Virus record (IMG/VR): IMGVR_UViG_3300020165_000015
Reading direction: 5' to 3' (one strand)
Source of the DNA: an uncultured virus (IMG/VR IMGVR_UViG_3300020165_000015)
Lineage: Duplodnaviria > Heunggongvirae > Uroviricota > Caudoviricetes
DNA: 64,000 bases
Below the pieces are notes generated by a model. That model saw only the letters and a program-made list of their open reading frames with translations. It searched no databases and was not told the origin of the DNA. The translations under genes were made by a program, and so were the position numbers. Of the stretch, positions 9,200 to 18,131 are shown piece by piece. The number at the start of each line of letters is the position of its first letter. Positions within the stretch are counted from its first letter, which is position 1.

Positions 9200-10032
9200 A
9201 ATGTAAAATCCTCTACATGATTTAACAACTGGTCTAGTCTATGAGTTCTTAGATAGTCGAATACTTTACCCCTTACAGGTTCAGTCTCATCAAACTCTTC
9301 TAAGATATTCTGTTCTATCTCAGCTGGTATAAACTCTAAGTCAATTAAAGTTTGGTTTCTTAAATAGTTACGATAGTATTTATCGTCACTCTCAATTGTA
9401 ATTCTTAAGTACTTATCTTTGATAGGTTTCCTTAAGGGTGTCTGTCTAATACCTAGGTCTAAACAATCATCATTAGATAGAATGTTTGGAACTCCATCTG
9501 ACTTATCACCAGTAAGAATATGTTCTCTCAAAAATAAATCGGGGTCTTGACAATCAATCATCTTATTGAGATTGGGACTCCATTGAGTTACATATGGGTA
9601 TTTATGCAATTGCTGAAAGTCTTTATCTCCACTGACAATGAGTACATCTTCCTTTGCATGTTTAGTCAACACTGCAATGATGTCATCAGCTTCACACTTC
9701 TCAACATACATGTAACGGTATGGAAAGTTCTCTTTGATTTCCATCTTAACTTTGTGAAGGGTATCGAATATCATACCCCAATCTTTATCGTCAGCCTCTC
9801 TAGACTTTTTACGATTTGCTTTGTACTGTGGATAGAAGTCACGTCTCCACGGATTGGCTGCATCCGTGCAAAGAGTTATCTCACCATAGTCGCCTGAGTA
9901 TTTCTTTTGATAGTTTCTGACTGAGTTTAGAATCATGTGTCTCAACATGTCCTCACTCATTTCTCCACCATTCATTTTTAATTGTGCCATTAGACCAGCA
10001 ATGATGGTCTGAGTAAAGTCTATAAGTATCAT
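9196..10032 (-). CDS. rnh: RNase H / 5'-3' exonuclease (T4 rnh type)
   Basis: MILIDF, WRRDFYPQYKANRK, EADDII, SGDKDF, GDKSDGVPN. Confidence 0.95.
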   Translation of the reverse strand: MILIDFTQTIIAGLMAQLKMNGGEMSEDMLRHMILNSVRNYQKKYSGDYGEITLCTDAANPWRRDFYPQYKANRKKSREADDKDWGMIFDTLHKVKMEIKENFPYRYMYVEKCEADDIIAVLTKHAKEDVLIVSGDKDFQQLHKYPYVTQWSPNLNKMIDCQDPDLFLREHILTGDKSDGVPNILSNDDCLDLGIRQTPLRKPIKDKYLRITIESDDKYYRNYLRNQTLIDLEFIPAEIEQNILEEFDETEPVRGKVFDYLRTHRLDQLLNHVEDFTL

Positions 10033-10742
10033 TTAATCACTTTTAATAATAATGTATTTTTGGTAATCAAGTCGTTTCCGTTTTTCAACTTCGACCTAGG
10101 AATCTCATCCATAAATCCACGAGCAATAATATTACCACCTGTTACCAGTCTATCAAGCAACTTGTAATCTGTCAAGGTCTTTTCTTTACATAAGTCATAA
10201 CCTGTAATTCTAGAACCTTTAACTGCAAGGTGGCCACTGAAATGTGTAAACTTCTTAGATGCAGTATTGTATGTGAACAAGTCTAATGCTCTTGGTATCT
10301 CTTCCTTGTCTATAGACTTGTAACCTTCCCACTCCTCTAAGAACGGAAGCTTCCTTACCATCCTCTTAGGGGTCATAGGTTTAATTCTACGTACTGGTTT
10401 GTACTCGTCACAATACTTATCGATATCGGATTCGATACTCTCTAAGAATTTGATGTAGTCTTTCTTTTGTTTCTTGGTAAGGAAATTGAAAGCTTCTTCT
10501 AACTGTTCACAACCTTCTTCGTTCTTAACTTCTAATTGTGCTTGAAGTGTTTTACCTTTCATGAAGGTAATTACTTTAGAACTATAATCTAGTTGCTTAA
10601 GATATTTGTACATTGAGAAGGAGCTCTTCTTATCGTCCACAAAGGAATCGATTTGGAACTCAACTTCATCATAGGCATCGATTGCTTTCTCGCGCATTCG
10701 GTCTTGGATATTAATTTTTTTGGGTTCAGTTTTCATAATCAT
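10029..10742 (-). CDS. conserved T4-like hypothetical protein
   Basis: Located upstream of rnh; promoter TTGACA-N18-TATACT at 10749-10778. Confidence 0.7.
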   Translation of the reverse strand: MIMKTEPKKINIQDRMREKAIDAYDEVEFQIDSFVDDKKSSFSMYKYLKQLDYSSKVITFMKGKTLQAQLEVKNEEGCEQLEEAFNFLTKKQKKDYIKFLESIESDIDKYCDEYKPVRRIKPMTPKRMVRKLPFLEEWEGYKSIDKEEIPRALDLFTYNTASKKFTHFSGHLAVKGSRITGYDLCKEKTLTDYKLLDRLVTGGNIIARGFMDEIPRSKLKNGNDLITKNTLLLKVIK

Positions 10743-10791
10743 GTCAGCAGTATATAATAAAGCTTAGTGCATTGTCAAGTCTGTTTATAAA

Positions 10792-12174
10792 TTAACTATC
10801 ATCCCTTTCATCACGTTTGTTTGTAATCATGAACTTACGTGCTGGATTTATCATTAAGTTTGCACGTTGCATAAGGTCACGGTTCGCAAGAAACGGTATT
10901 GCACCTCTAGTATCTAAACTAACTTCTTGCTCATATATAGTGTTTAGAAAGTTTAACTCAAGTTCTACGACTGGTCTGTCTTCAGCTGGTTTTAATAAAG
11001 TAACCATTCTCTTTAGTGGTTTCTTATACTTAACACCTTCCGTTGTCCATGTAACTATCTTACCGTTAACCTTTAAATCTTCTGCATGAAGTGAACAAGC
11101 TGAAACTGAATTACCTGTATCTAACTTCACTGTCATCTCTTGACCTTCGACTTCAATGGTTTCTAATACACCACACTCTGTTGGTGACTTCTTCCATATG
11201 TCTCGGTCTTTATAAATCTTAAGAACCATCTTAACAATGTCCTCACCGATAACACTAGAGATTCCTTCAGTGCCTGGCGAATGATTTACTTCTAATAAGA
11301 ATGGTGGTTCAGTCTTTCTGTTTTTGCTAGGAATAAAGTCGACACCACACCATTGTCCGTTGACGGCTTTGCTAGCTCTTAGACAAACATCCTTTTCCAG
11401 TTCTGTCAATGTAACTGATTGTGCATCTGCACCTTGGGATACATTACTTCTGAAATCATCTGTAATTTTGTTTCGTCTCATTGCACCAACGATTTCTCTG
11501 TTGACAATGACAACACGTACATCGTAATCTGATTCGATATACTCTTGTAATAGAATATCACAGTAGGGGTCAATCTTATAAATCAAGCTGACCTGTGATT
11601 GTAATGAACGTTCTGTTTCGATTAATAGAACACCCACACCTTTAGAACCCTGTAATGTTTTAAGTATCATCGGGAAGTTATTATCTAATGCTTCGTGAGC
11701 TCTATCTACAGTCTCGGGTTCATCGTTTGGAATCAATACGGTACGTGGTTGGTTTAGACCTATCTCTTGCAGTCTCAGATACGTTCTAAACTTGTCTGAA
11801 CAAACTTCGATACATTCCCTAGGGTTACACGTTGCAATGCCGTAGCGTTCAATCTGAGAGATTAAATCAAGGTAGGAATCTTTAGTGTTTACTGCACCAC
11901 GAATCATAACTAATGTGTCTGCATCAATCTCGAATCCTTTCTCATCGTCTGCATTGTGAATAGTAATCTTACCACTATCCTCATCACGTTCTAAGTATGC
12001 ACCATTGATACGCACGTTGTAAACATCCATACCCATCTTCTCTGCAACCCCAACTATCTTACCACTGGTAGATTTCTTTGATTGTTTCTTGGGACGTTCT
12101 GCAAGAACGACAAGGCGATAGGGGTCGGACTTCTTGATGTCTTCTTCGACTATCAGCTCATTAAATGATTTCAT
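10792..12174 (-). CDS. RimK-type ATP-grasp ligase fused to retropepsin-like putative protease
   Basis: DKFRT, ILKTLQGSKGVGV, LQEYI, DVRV, FRSN, GVDF, EVNHSPG; C-terminal KLDTGN. Confidence 0.9.
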   Translation of the reverse strand: MKSFNELIVEEDIKKSDPYRLVVLAERPKKQSKKSTSGKIVGVAEKMGMDVYNVRINGAYLERDEDSGKITIHNADDEKGFEIDADTLVMIRGAVNTKDSYLDLISQIERYGIATCNPRECIEVCSDKFRTYLRLQEIGLNQPRTVLIPNDEPETVDRAHEALDNNFPMILKTLQGSKGVGVLLIETERSLQSQVSLIYKIDPYCDILLQEYIESDYDVRVVIVNREIVGAMRRNKITDDFRSNVSQGADAQSVTLTELEKDVCLRASKAVNGQWCGVDFIPSKNRKTEPPFLLEVNHSPGTEGISSVIGEDIVKMVLKIYKDRDIWKKSPTECGVLETIEVEGQEMTVKLDTGNSVSACSLHAEDLKVNGKIVTWTTEGVKYKKPLKRMVTLLKPAEDRPVVELELNFLNTIYEQEVSLDTRGAIPFLANRDLMQRANLMINPARKFMITNKRDERDDS

Positions 12175-12514
12175 CTTTGTTGCCATTCCTATGCAATTCC
12201 ACAAAGTGTTCAGCATCTACTAACACTAAGGGTTTATGTCTGTTTCTTTTTATGACCACAAGTGGTTCATACCCTTTACAATTCTCTGAAGCTTGCTCGT
12301 ATGCTTTCCATACGTTGACTGTTTCTTGGTTTTTACATTCAATGGAATAGGGGAACTTCTCTCGGGACTCACGTCCCATTATAATATCTTCCCCTTGTGA
12401 ACCCATGGGTCTAGACTCTAAGTCTTCTTCGTGAAGGTTAAGAGTGTCCACCATAAGTTGAGCAAACCATTGTTGTAGTTTACGACCTTTAGCTTTTGCT
12501 GACGATGTCTTCAT
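12161..12514 (-). CDS. Holliday junction resolvase-like endonuclease
   Basis: SAKAKGR...GEDI...SIECKNQE PD-(D/E)XK motif. Confidence 0.8.
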   Translation of the reverse strand: MKTSSAKAKGRKLQQWFAQLMVDTLNLHEEDLESRPMGSQGEDIIMGRESREKFPYSIECKNQETVNVWKAYEQASENCKGYEPLVVIKRNRHKPLVLVDAEHFVELHRNGNKDEII

Positions 12515-12815
12515 TAAATGTAATACTCACTCCACATCCACACGATGCTATTTCATTTGGATTCTGAAACGTAAATGTTTCATTCAATCCTTGTTTCTCA
12601 TAATCCAATGTCATTCCTTTTAGAAAGGGTTGACTCATTGTATCTATTAAAAATTTAAACTTACCGTAATCTATTTCTAGGTCACCGTCTTTATATTCGT
12701 CTCTGATAAAAACATATTCATAGCCACTGCAACCACCACCAGTAACACCCATTCTAACTGAGTCCACTTTCTTCTCTATAAGCTTTGCAATTGCAATGTC
12801 TGTGACTTCTATCAT
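12489..12815 (-). CDS. iscA: IscA/HesB Fe-S cluster carrier
   Basis: GGGCSGYEY and SCGCG motifs; TATAAATA at 12822-12829. Confidence 0.92.
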   Translation of the reverse strand: MIEVTDIAIAKLIEKKVDSVRMGVTGGGCSGYEYVFIRDEYKDGDLEIDYGKFKFLIDTMSQPFLKGMTLDYEKQGLNETFTFQNPNEIASCGCGVSITFNEDIVSKS

Positions 12816-12824
12816 AAGAAGTAT

Positions 12825-13469
12825 TTATACTTCTGACTCCCACACACCATCCTGTTCTGTGTCATTTTTTAAATCTTTTGATTTCTTAGGTCGAATCAAT
12901 TCGTATGGAATACCATCTGGCTGGTCTTCGGGTACGTAAAGGAATCCAATGTCGGAACGGTTACACGTATCGATTGCATCAAAGATTGTTTCTACTAAAG
13001 ATTCTCCACCTAAATTAAATGATGTATTAAATACAATGGGGGTGCCATTCTTTTCACCCAAGGCTTTAATTAAATTGTAATAATTTTTATTCTGCTCTTG
13101 AGTAACCGTTTGGATTCTACATGTACCATCTGCATGAACGATAGCAGGAATCTCTTCGTATGCTTTCTTCTTACATTGAATTGCAAATGACATATAAGGT
13201 GACTCTTCTAACTGCAACATCTCAAAATATTCATGTGCATGTTCTTTTAATACAGTACCAGCAAACGGTCTATAATATTCTCTCTTCTTAATTGTATTAA
13301 CAATTTGTTTTGCATCGGGATTAGTAGGGTCAAATAAAATACTACGGTTACCTAATGCACGTGGGCCCCATTCAGAACTACCTTGGAACATTGCAACAAC
13401 TTGTTTTTCTTCAACCAATAATCTGACTGCTTCGTCTTGGTCTCTAATGATTTCTAATATTCTACTCAC
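12825..13469 (-). CDS. carbamoyltransferase C-terminal domain (NodU/CmcH family)
   Basis: EWGPRALGNRS, KKREYYRPFA, HADGTCRIQTV, NTSFN. Confidence 0.92.
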   Translation of the reverse strand: MSRILEIIRDQDEAVRLLVEEKQVVAMFQGSSEWGPRALGNRSILFDPTNPDAKQIVNTIKKREYYRPFAGTVLKEHAHEYFEMLQLEESPYMSFAIQCKKKAYEEIPAIVHADGTCRIQTVTQEQNKNYYNLIKALGEKNGTPIVFNTSFNLGGESLVETIFDAIDTCNRSDIGFLYVPEDQPDGIPYELIRPKKSKDLKNDTEQDGVWESEV

Positions 13470-14685
13470 TGTCTGTTTCCTCTGTTGTTACTTCTTCTGT
13501 TACTGGTTCGAAGTATTCGTTTTCTAAATGATAATGCAACCAAAATGCAGCTCCAACTGCAGTACCACCATCGTGGGGTACAGGGTCAACGAATATATTT
13601 AATTCGGGAAACTCTTGTAGGTATCTGTAATTGTTTGTACAGTTTAATGAGAAGCCACCACTGAGAACTAAGTTCTTACAGTCGGGATTTAATTCTATTG
13701 CACGTCTGATAACACTACATGCATTATTAAATGATTCCTCTTCACACATCTGTGCAACGATATGTCTATCAAATCTATCGGGTCTGTCTTCGTACAGTCT
13801 TCCGTATGATGCCATACCCATGACCTTACCCGCTGCACGTCCATGAATGTCTGCACCGAAGGCATAACTCATGTTACTGAAGTTCATACCGCTAGAAGGG
13901 AAGCTAGTGAACGTGAGAGGTAGTCCATCTATCTCTGTCTCCAAGTCTGTCAGACAATGAGCTGAGTCATAGTACATGTTAGGAAAGTATTGAGATGCAA
14001 GGTCACCTAACATACGGTGATTAGACATCTTCTTCCACTGGGGAACAATAGTCTTAGTGTCAAAGTCACACTTCCAAATGGATTCAATCTCTTGATAGTT
14101 CGGATGTGTCTCATGATAGCACTTAGCACCACCACCGTCCCATGCAATTGCTATTGCATTCTCACCCTTTTCAAAGAAAGGACTGAGATAATAACCACTG
14201 TATGCATGATACATGTGATGTTCTGTGTCAAAGTGATACTGGTCTACGTCAAAGAACTGTTTACACATCTCATCATGAATGGTTTCATCCATTTCTTCGT
14301 GCCAGTCTTCTTTAAGTCCCACTTTGGGATAGGCTTTAATTAATTCTTGGATTCTTGCTTCGGTTAATTGTTCCTTTGCAAGTGCATCTGCAAACTCTAT
14401 TGCAATGAGACGATTATCCATGAGATAATCTTTATCCATTTCGAGTTTCATGTCACGTCTATCGAAAGATGCGAAGACTAACTCACCCTGTACGTTACCT
14501 TCCTCATCCACCAATGAATCTGCAAGACCTTTAGAGTCGATTACATGTAAGTGAGGTGCATCTAAAGTCGGTGAATAATACTTTTCACGTCTTTCTCTTT
14601 CTTCTTCGAAGAGTTCTACTACCTCTCCATCTTCCATGATACATAAACTGGTATCATGGCTGGAATTAATTCCAATTATTCTCAT
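13462..14685 (-). CDS. carbamoyltransferase N-terminal (Kae1-like) domain
   Basis: SHDTS, EHHMYHA, DGGG, GKVMGMASYG, LSGGFSLNC, HDGGTAVGAA. Confidence 0.92.
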   Translation of the reverse strand: MRIIGINSSHDTSLCIMEDGEVVELFEEERERREKYYSPTLDAPHLHVIDSKGLADSLVDEEGNVQGELVFASFDRRDMKLEMDKDYLMDNRLIAIEFADALAKEQLTEARIQELIKAYPKVGLKEDWHEEMDETIHDEMCKQFFDVDQYHFDTEHHMYHAYSGYYLSPFFEKGENAIAIAWDGGGAKCYHETHPNYQEIESIWKCDFDTKTIVPQWKKMSNHRMLGDLASQYFPNMYYDSAHCLTDLETEIDGLPLTFTSFPSSGMNFSNMSYAFGADIHGRAAGKVMGMASYGRLYEDRPDRFDRHIVAQMCEEESFNNACSVIRRAIELNPDCKNLVLSGGFSLNCTNNYRYLQEFPELNIFVDPVPHDGGTAVGAAFWLHYHLENEYFEPVTEEVTTEETDSE

Positions 14686-14701
14686 AATATATCCTTTGTT
14701 G

Positions 14702-14881
14702 TTACTCTACAGTGTCTTCATTGCCACGGTAGAAAGTTATTATAGCCTTTGGGTCGACAAATTTGTCGTGAATGAGTTGGCTCACCATCTCTTCACGTCC
14801 ACTTCTTTGTCCACTACGGAACACAAAGTAAACGAGTGCAGATATAAACCCGATATGTATTAATATTAATTCAGTACTCAT
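14702..14881 (-). CDS. small membrane protein (59 aa)
   Basis: Manual translation MSTELILIHIGFISALVYFVFRSG...; CTAAATA 5 nt upstream. Confidence 0.6.
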   Translation of the reverse strand: MSTELILIHIGFISALVYFVFRSGQRSGREEMVSQLIHDKFVDPKAIITFYRGNEDTVE

Positions 14882-14885
14882 GGTT

Positions 14886-15020
14886 TTATTTAGTTCTCCT
14901 GTAAGATAGGTATTTTTTCAGTTGATAATGGACGAATATAAAGAGTGTAAACCATAATCCTAGGGTTACACAGAATGCAAACACGTAAAAAGGTAGAAAA
15001 AGAATATCAAAGAAACTCAT
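14886..15020 (-). CDS. small membrane protein (44 aa)
   Basis: Manual translation MSFFDILFLPFYVFAFCVTLGLWFTLFIFVHYQLKKYLSYRRTK. Confidence 0.55.
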   Translation of the reverse strand: MSFFDILFLPFYVFAFCVTLGLWFTLFIFVHYQLKKYLSYRRTK

Positions 15021-15174
15021 TTTCAATAAATCCTTTTATTTGTGGTAGGTTATACCATGTGGAAGAGTACAATCGAACCGAATTCGGTGTCTCTACGATG
15101 AAACGTGGTACACCAGCGGGACTTCTGTCTTTAAATATTCTACATCCTAGGTACGACACTAAAAATAATCTCAT
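15007..15174 (-). CDS. hypothetical protein (55 aa)
   Basis: Manual translation MRLFLVSYLGCRIFKD...; GGAGA SD. Confidence 0.55.
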   Translation of the reverse strand: MRLFLVSYLGCRIFKDRSPAGVPRFIVETPNSVRLYSSTWYNLPQIKGFIENEFL

Positions 15175-15180
15175 AAGTTA

Positions 15181-15483
15181 CTATCTCCCTATGTGTTTGA
15201 CCTCATTCCGAGGTATTACTTGATACGCACCCTTATTATAAGACGGTGCAATGGTATACTCGGACGAGATACGTTGACGTTCTTCTTTACTTAGGGTATT
15301 TGATGTCTTAGGGGAATCACAAGGTGACGCCGACGGATAGTATACACTCTCACGCACGTAAGGAGCTACCGTTTTCACACTCACATTCCAATTATAATCC
15401 TTAGCGGTCTTAGTACGAGTCTTCCATGCATTGGTTTTACGTTTCTTACCACTAAAAGAGTGTGTCATTGAACCATGCCTCAT
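15181..15483 (-). CDS. conserved T4-like hypothetical protein
   Basis: C-terminal YTIAPSYNKGAYQVI motif; start trimmed to MRHGSM. Confidence 0.75.
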   Translation of the reverse strand: MRHGSMTHSFSGKKRKTNAWKTRTKTAKDYNWNVSVKTVAPYVRESVYYPSASPCDSPKTSNTLSKEERQRISSEYTIAPSYNKGAYQVIPRNEVKHIGR

Positions 15484-15695
15484 GATATATGACACGTAGG
15501 ACATATACACATCAAATATTGTTCGAATGTATCCAACTCTAATAACCACTCACAGGCTTCGTATCGTTCTAATCGTTCCTCTAAGGGTGTACGGTAGGGG
15601 TCATTGATGATTTCTTCTATTTCAATTGCTTTATCCAATGTACTGCAAGAGGTCATAGTGAATACTGATAGTATCGTAATTAAATATTTTTTCAT
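15480..15695 (-). CDS. small lipoprotein-like protein
   Basis: MKKYLITILSVFTMTSC lipobox-like N-terminus. Confidence 0.55.
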   Translation of the reverse strand: MKKYLITILSVFTMTSCSTLDKAIEIEEIINDPYRTPLEERLERYEACEWLLELDTFEQYLMCICPTCHIS

Positions 15696-15836
15696 AAGTC
15701 TATTATACCATAAAACTGGGGGGATGGGAATACGGTTTCACGCATGTCGTGTAAGTATTTGTGGACTTGGTGATGTTCGATTCCCTGTCCCTACCCCGAG
15801 TGAGTGCAATTAGATGCCTAAGCATGACTTAGGTCT

Positions 15837-16070
15837 CTAATTAGATGCAACACCCCTATTATAAAAATGTCTACGTATGATATACACACGTGTGTATGCA
15901 ACACCTGTCATCCATGCAGTAATGGTACTACCTATGGTGAGTGTGTCTGTCCATTCGAGTAGGTCAATACAGACATAGAGACCCAATAGATTCAATGGAT
16001 AGTTAATTAACAAGCCAGTGAAGACTGTGGTAAAGGTTTCTTTGTGTATTCTTCGTGATTTAGGACTCAT
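15837..16070 (-). CDS. two-helix membrane protein
   Basis: GLLINYPLN...AYTRVYIIRR pattern. Confidence 0.65.
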   Translation of the reverse strand: MSPKSRRIHKETFTTVFTGLLINYPLNLLGLYVCIDLLEWTDTLTIGSTITAWMTGVAYTRVYIIRRHFYNRGVASN

Positions 16071-16327
16071 ACCTTAACCACTCCCTTGTTCTTTTGTATT
16101 GCATACTTACTATCTGTAGGTACACGTCTTGTCTCTAAGACCTCTGTCATATAATCTATGAACATTTGACCACCTTTAAATCTAGGGGGTGGGTATAAGT
16201 TGTCTTCGTTTGCTATAAAGAAGATACACATCTTTGCAACATCTTCGAATGCTACTGCACGTCCATTATATAAGAGTATTCTATCCTTCTCGGATTTACT
16301 CCCTTGTATTATTTTGAATTTACTCAT
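16067..16327 (-). CDS. hypothetical protein
   Basis: ORF with 4-nt overlap to next gene. Confidence 0.65.
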   Translation of the reverse strand: MSKFKIIQGSKSEKDRILLYNGRAVAFEDVAKMCIFFIANEDNLYPPPRFKGGQMFIDYMTEVLETRRVPTDSKYAIQKNKGVVKV

Positions 16328-16439
16328 AAAAATTTACCAAAAAAAAAATTTACTGTGGTCATATAGAATGCTTCATAGAGCTATAGAGGTAGGGGGTTGA
16401 GTTGCTGCCCAGATACCCTAGGAGTCCCACAGCACTGTT

Positions 16440-16619
16440 CTAAGAGGCTTTCCGTAGTTCGACTACGTGTTGGGCCTCCTCTAACTCTGCACACACTCTG
16501 AGCGCCTCTCTGAGACTCACAGGTTTCTCTGTACGCTTAAGTAACTCATGTGACCCATCTATATTGGTCACCTTCGTATCTATACTGTATACATCTACAG
16601 TATTCCATTTCGTTGACAT
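16440..16619 (-). CDS. hypothetical protein (59 aa)
   Basis: Manual translation MSTKWNTVDVYS...ELRKAS; promoter TTGACA-N17-TATAAT at 16628-16656. Confidence 0.6.
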   Translation of the reverse strand: MSTKWNTVDVYSIDTKVTNIDGSHELLKRTEKPVSLREALRVCAELEEAQHVVELRKAS

Positions 16620-16659
16620 AACTCTCCATTATAACATATTAGCGTGCTCTTGTCAAGGC

Positions 16660-16801
16660 CCCTAGGAAACCCTGCTATAGCAGGGCCTAGAGGGGTGGCG
16701 CTTCTCATCACCACGCGTGCTTTCGGTAACAACCCACTGAGACTTAACTCTTAGCAATCCACGGTACAATCCTCAGTTCAACTCCCATGTTTCTATTTCA
16801 T
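16660..16801 (-). ncRNA. candidate structured non-coding RNA
   Basis: Promoter TTGCAA-N17-TATACT (16808-16836), no ORF over 14 aa from an ATG, several stems. Confidence 0.4.
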
Positions 16802-16816
16802 ACTACTAGTATACCA

Positions 16817-17041
16817 TCAATGAAAGGGTTTTGCAACCCCCTTTATGACGATTTCTTCTAGTTCTATGCAGTCTATAATCTCGATACCCAGACGCTCAAG
16901 CACCATCGCACACATAGTCTCCCAACTAGCGTTACAGCTAACAGGGTCACTATCACATGCATACGACATCTCTACGTCATTAAGCTCTATAGAGACAGGT
17001 ATATTGGATGCTAGATGCACACCATTCAGTCCGTTATACAT
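16817..17041 (-). CDS. hypothetical protein
   Basis: ORF coupled by TAATG to upstream mini-gene. Confidence 0.6.
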   Translation of the reverse strand: MYNGLNGVHLASNIPVSIELNDVEMSYACDSDPVSCNASWETMCAMVLERLGIEIIDCIELEEIVIKGVAKPFH

Positions 17042-17139
17042 TAGATGATTTCCCCTAGCGTAATAAGAACCAATAGTCCTATAATAGGTTGAATGAAGTC
17101 TGCATCAAGCAGTCCGTGTTGTTTAATAATCTTTATCAT
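17041..17139 (-). CDS. small hydrophobic protein (32 aa), leaderless
   Basis: MIKIIKQHGLLDADFIQPIIGLLVLITLGEII; TTGACA-N17-TATAAT (17146-17174) 6 nt upstream. Confidence 0.55.
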   Translation of the reverse strand: MIKIIKQHGLLDADFIQPIIGLLVLITLGEII

Positions 17140-17213
17140 ACGCATATTATACCAAGATAGCGGGTCATTGTCAAGGCTTCTCGCCGAAGTTCTGCGGATT
17201 TCTTTGAGTTCCC

Positions 17214-17480
17214 GCAAGAAAGTGTAGTTGCTCAGAAGAATTTACTGCAAGAAAGTGTAGTTTCCCTAGCGAAATCAATGCGCCAGCCTTGCTATTACGG
17301 GCTTTCTGTGATATACTCTGAGCCCCTCTGACCCCTCTGAGGTGCCTTGACCCCCAACTAAATATGTGATTAAGGTCTCCGAACACAAGCACCGAAACCC
17401 ACTTTATTCCACTTTCTCACACTCCAACTAAATACCATTATTATTACACACTTTGACACACTATACCACACATTATATTA
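17214..17480. repeat. cluster of short direct repeats in a divergent intergenic region
   Basis: GCAAGAAAGTGTAGTT x2, CCCCTCTGA x2, CCAACTAAATA x2, repeated CCACTTT/CACACT. Confidence 0.7.
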
Positions 17481-17489
17481 GAGTCCACC

Positions 17490-18131
17490 ATGATACCCTT
17501 TGAATTATATTCAATCACCCCCTCAGTCCCCCTCTATGGGGAAATCTTTCGTATTCCTAACTACTACTCTGAGAAGGAACTGACACATATAAGAGAGCGT
17601 ATAGCACATGATGTGAATAAGATAGGTGGGTATGTACCCGATACTTGTTATCCATCTATGAAAATAGAGTATACCACTGACCCACAATCTAAGTTTGTCT
17701 CTGAGAAGTCTCAATGGTTATTGGATAATTGGTCTCTTATACGTGAATTGACTGAGATAGATGACATTCAATACCATGGGGATAACACTAAGGTTCCTCA
17801 ATGGGTTGATGAGTCTGCACGTGGTTCTCCCCCCTATAATAAGCTTTATCCCCCTCATACGGATATGGGAAGCAGGAAGTTGCTGACGATACTTGTTCCT
17901 TTAAGTGATATGGGTGACCCTACGAAGTTTCATGGTATTACCTCTGATAAGTCTAAGCCCGTGTCTCGTGTATGGTGTCATGAGTGGGGTGTGAATGATG
18001 CTTATATGTTTAGACCGTCTCAAAGGTCGTGGCATTCCTATCAAAATACTATGGGGATTGATAGGTGGATTAGTAATGTGAATTTGATTGGTGAGTTGGT
18101 TGTTGGGGAACTAGCAAACGATAATAATTAA
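17490..18131 (+). CDS. 2OG-Fe(II) oxygenase-like protein
   Basis: PHTD...SWHS...RW motif; no competing long minus-strand ORF. Confidence 0.7.
   Translation: MIPFELYSITPSVPLYGEIFRIPNYYSEKELTHIRERIAHDVNKIGGYVPDTCYPSMKIEYTTDPQSKFVSEKSQWLLDNWSLIRELTEIDDIQYHGDNTKVPQWVDESARGSPPYNKLYPPHTDMGSRKLLTILVPLSDMGDPTKFHGITSDKSKPVSRVWCHEWGVNDAYMFRPSQRSWHSYQNTMGIDRWISNVNLIGELVVGELANDNN

Noticed and set aside
15765..15800. tRNA or tmRNA from GTTCGATTCC on plus strand
   Set aside because: T-stem does not pair and there is no acceptor stem with CCA.
16339..16348. Poly-A tract as a phase-variation site
   Set aside because: Intergenic and not inside a promoter spacer; no supporting evidence.
16715..16780. Hammerhead ribozyme (CTGAGGA...GAAA on minus strand)
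   Set aside because: Bases flanking the cores do not form stem II and no stems I/III with a UH site are evident.
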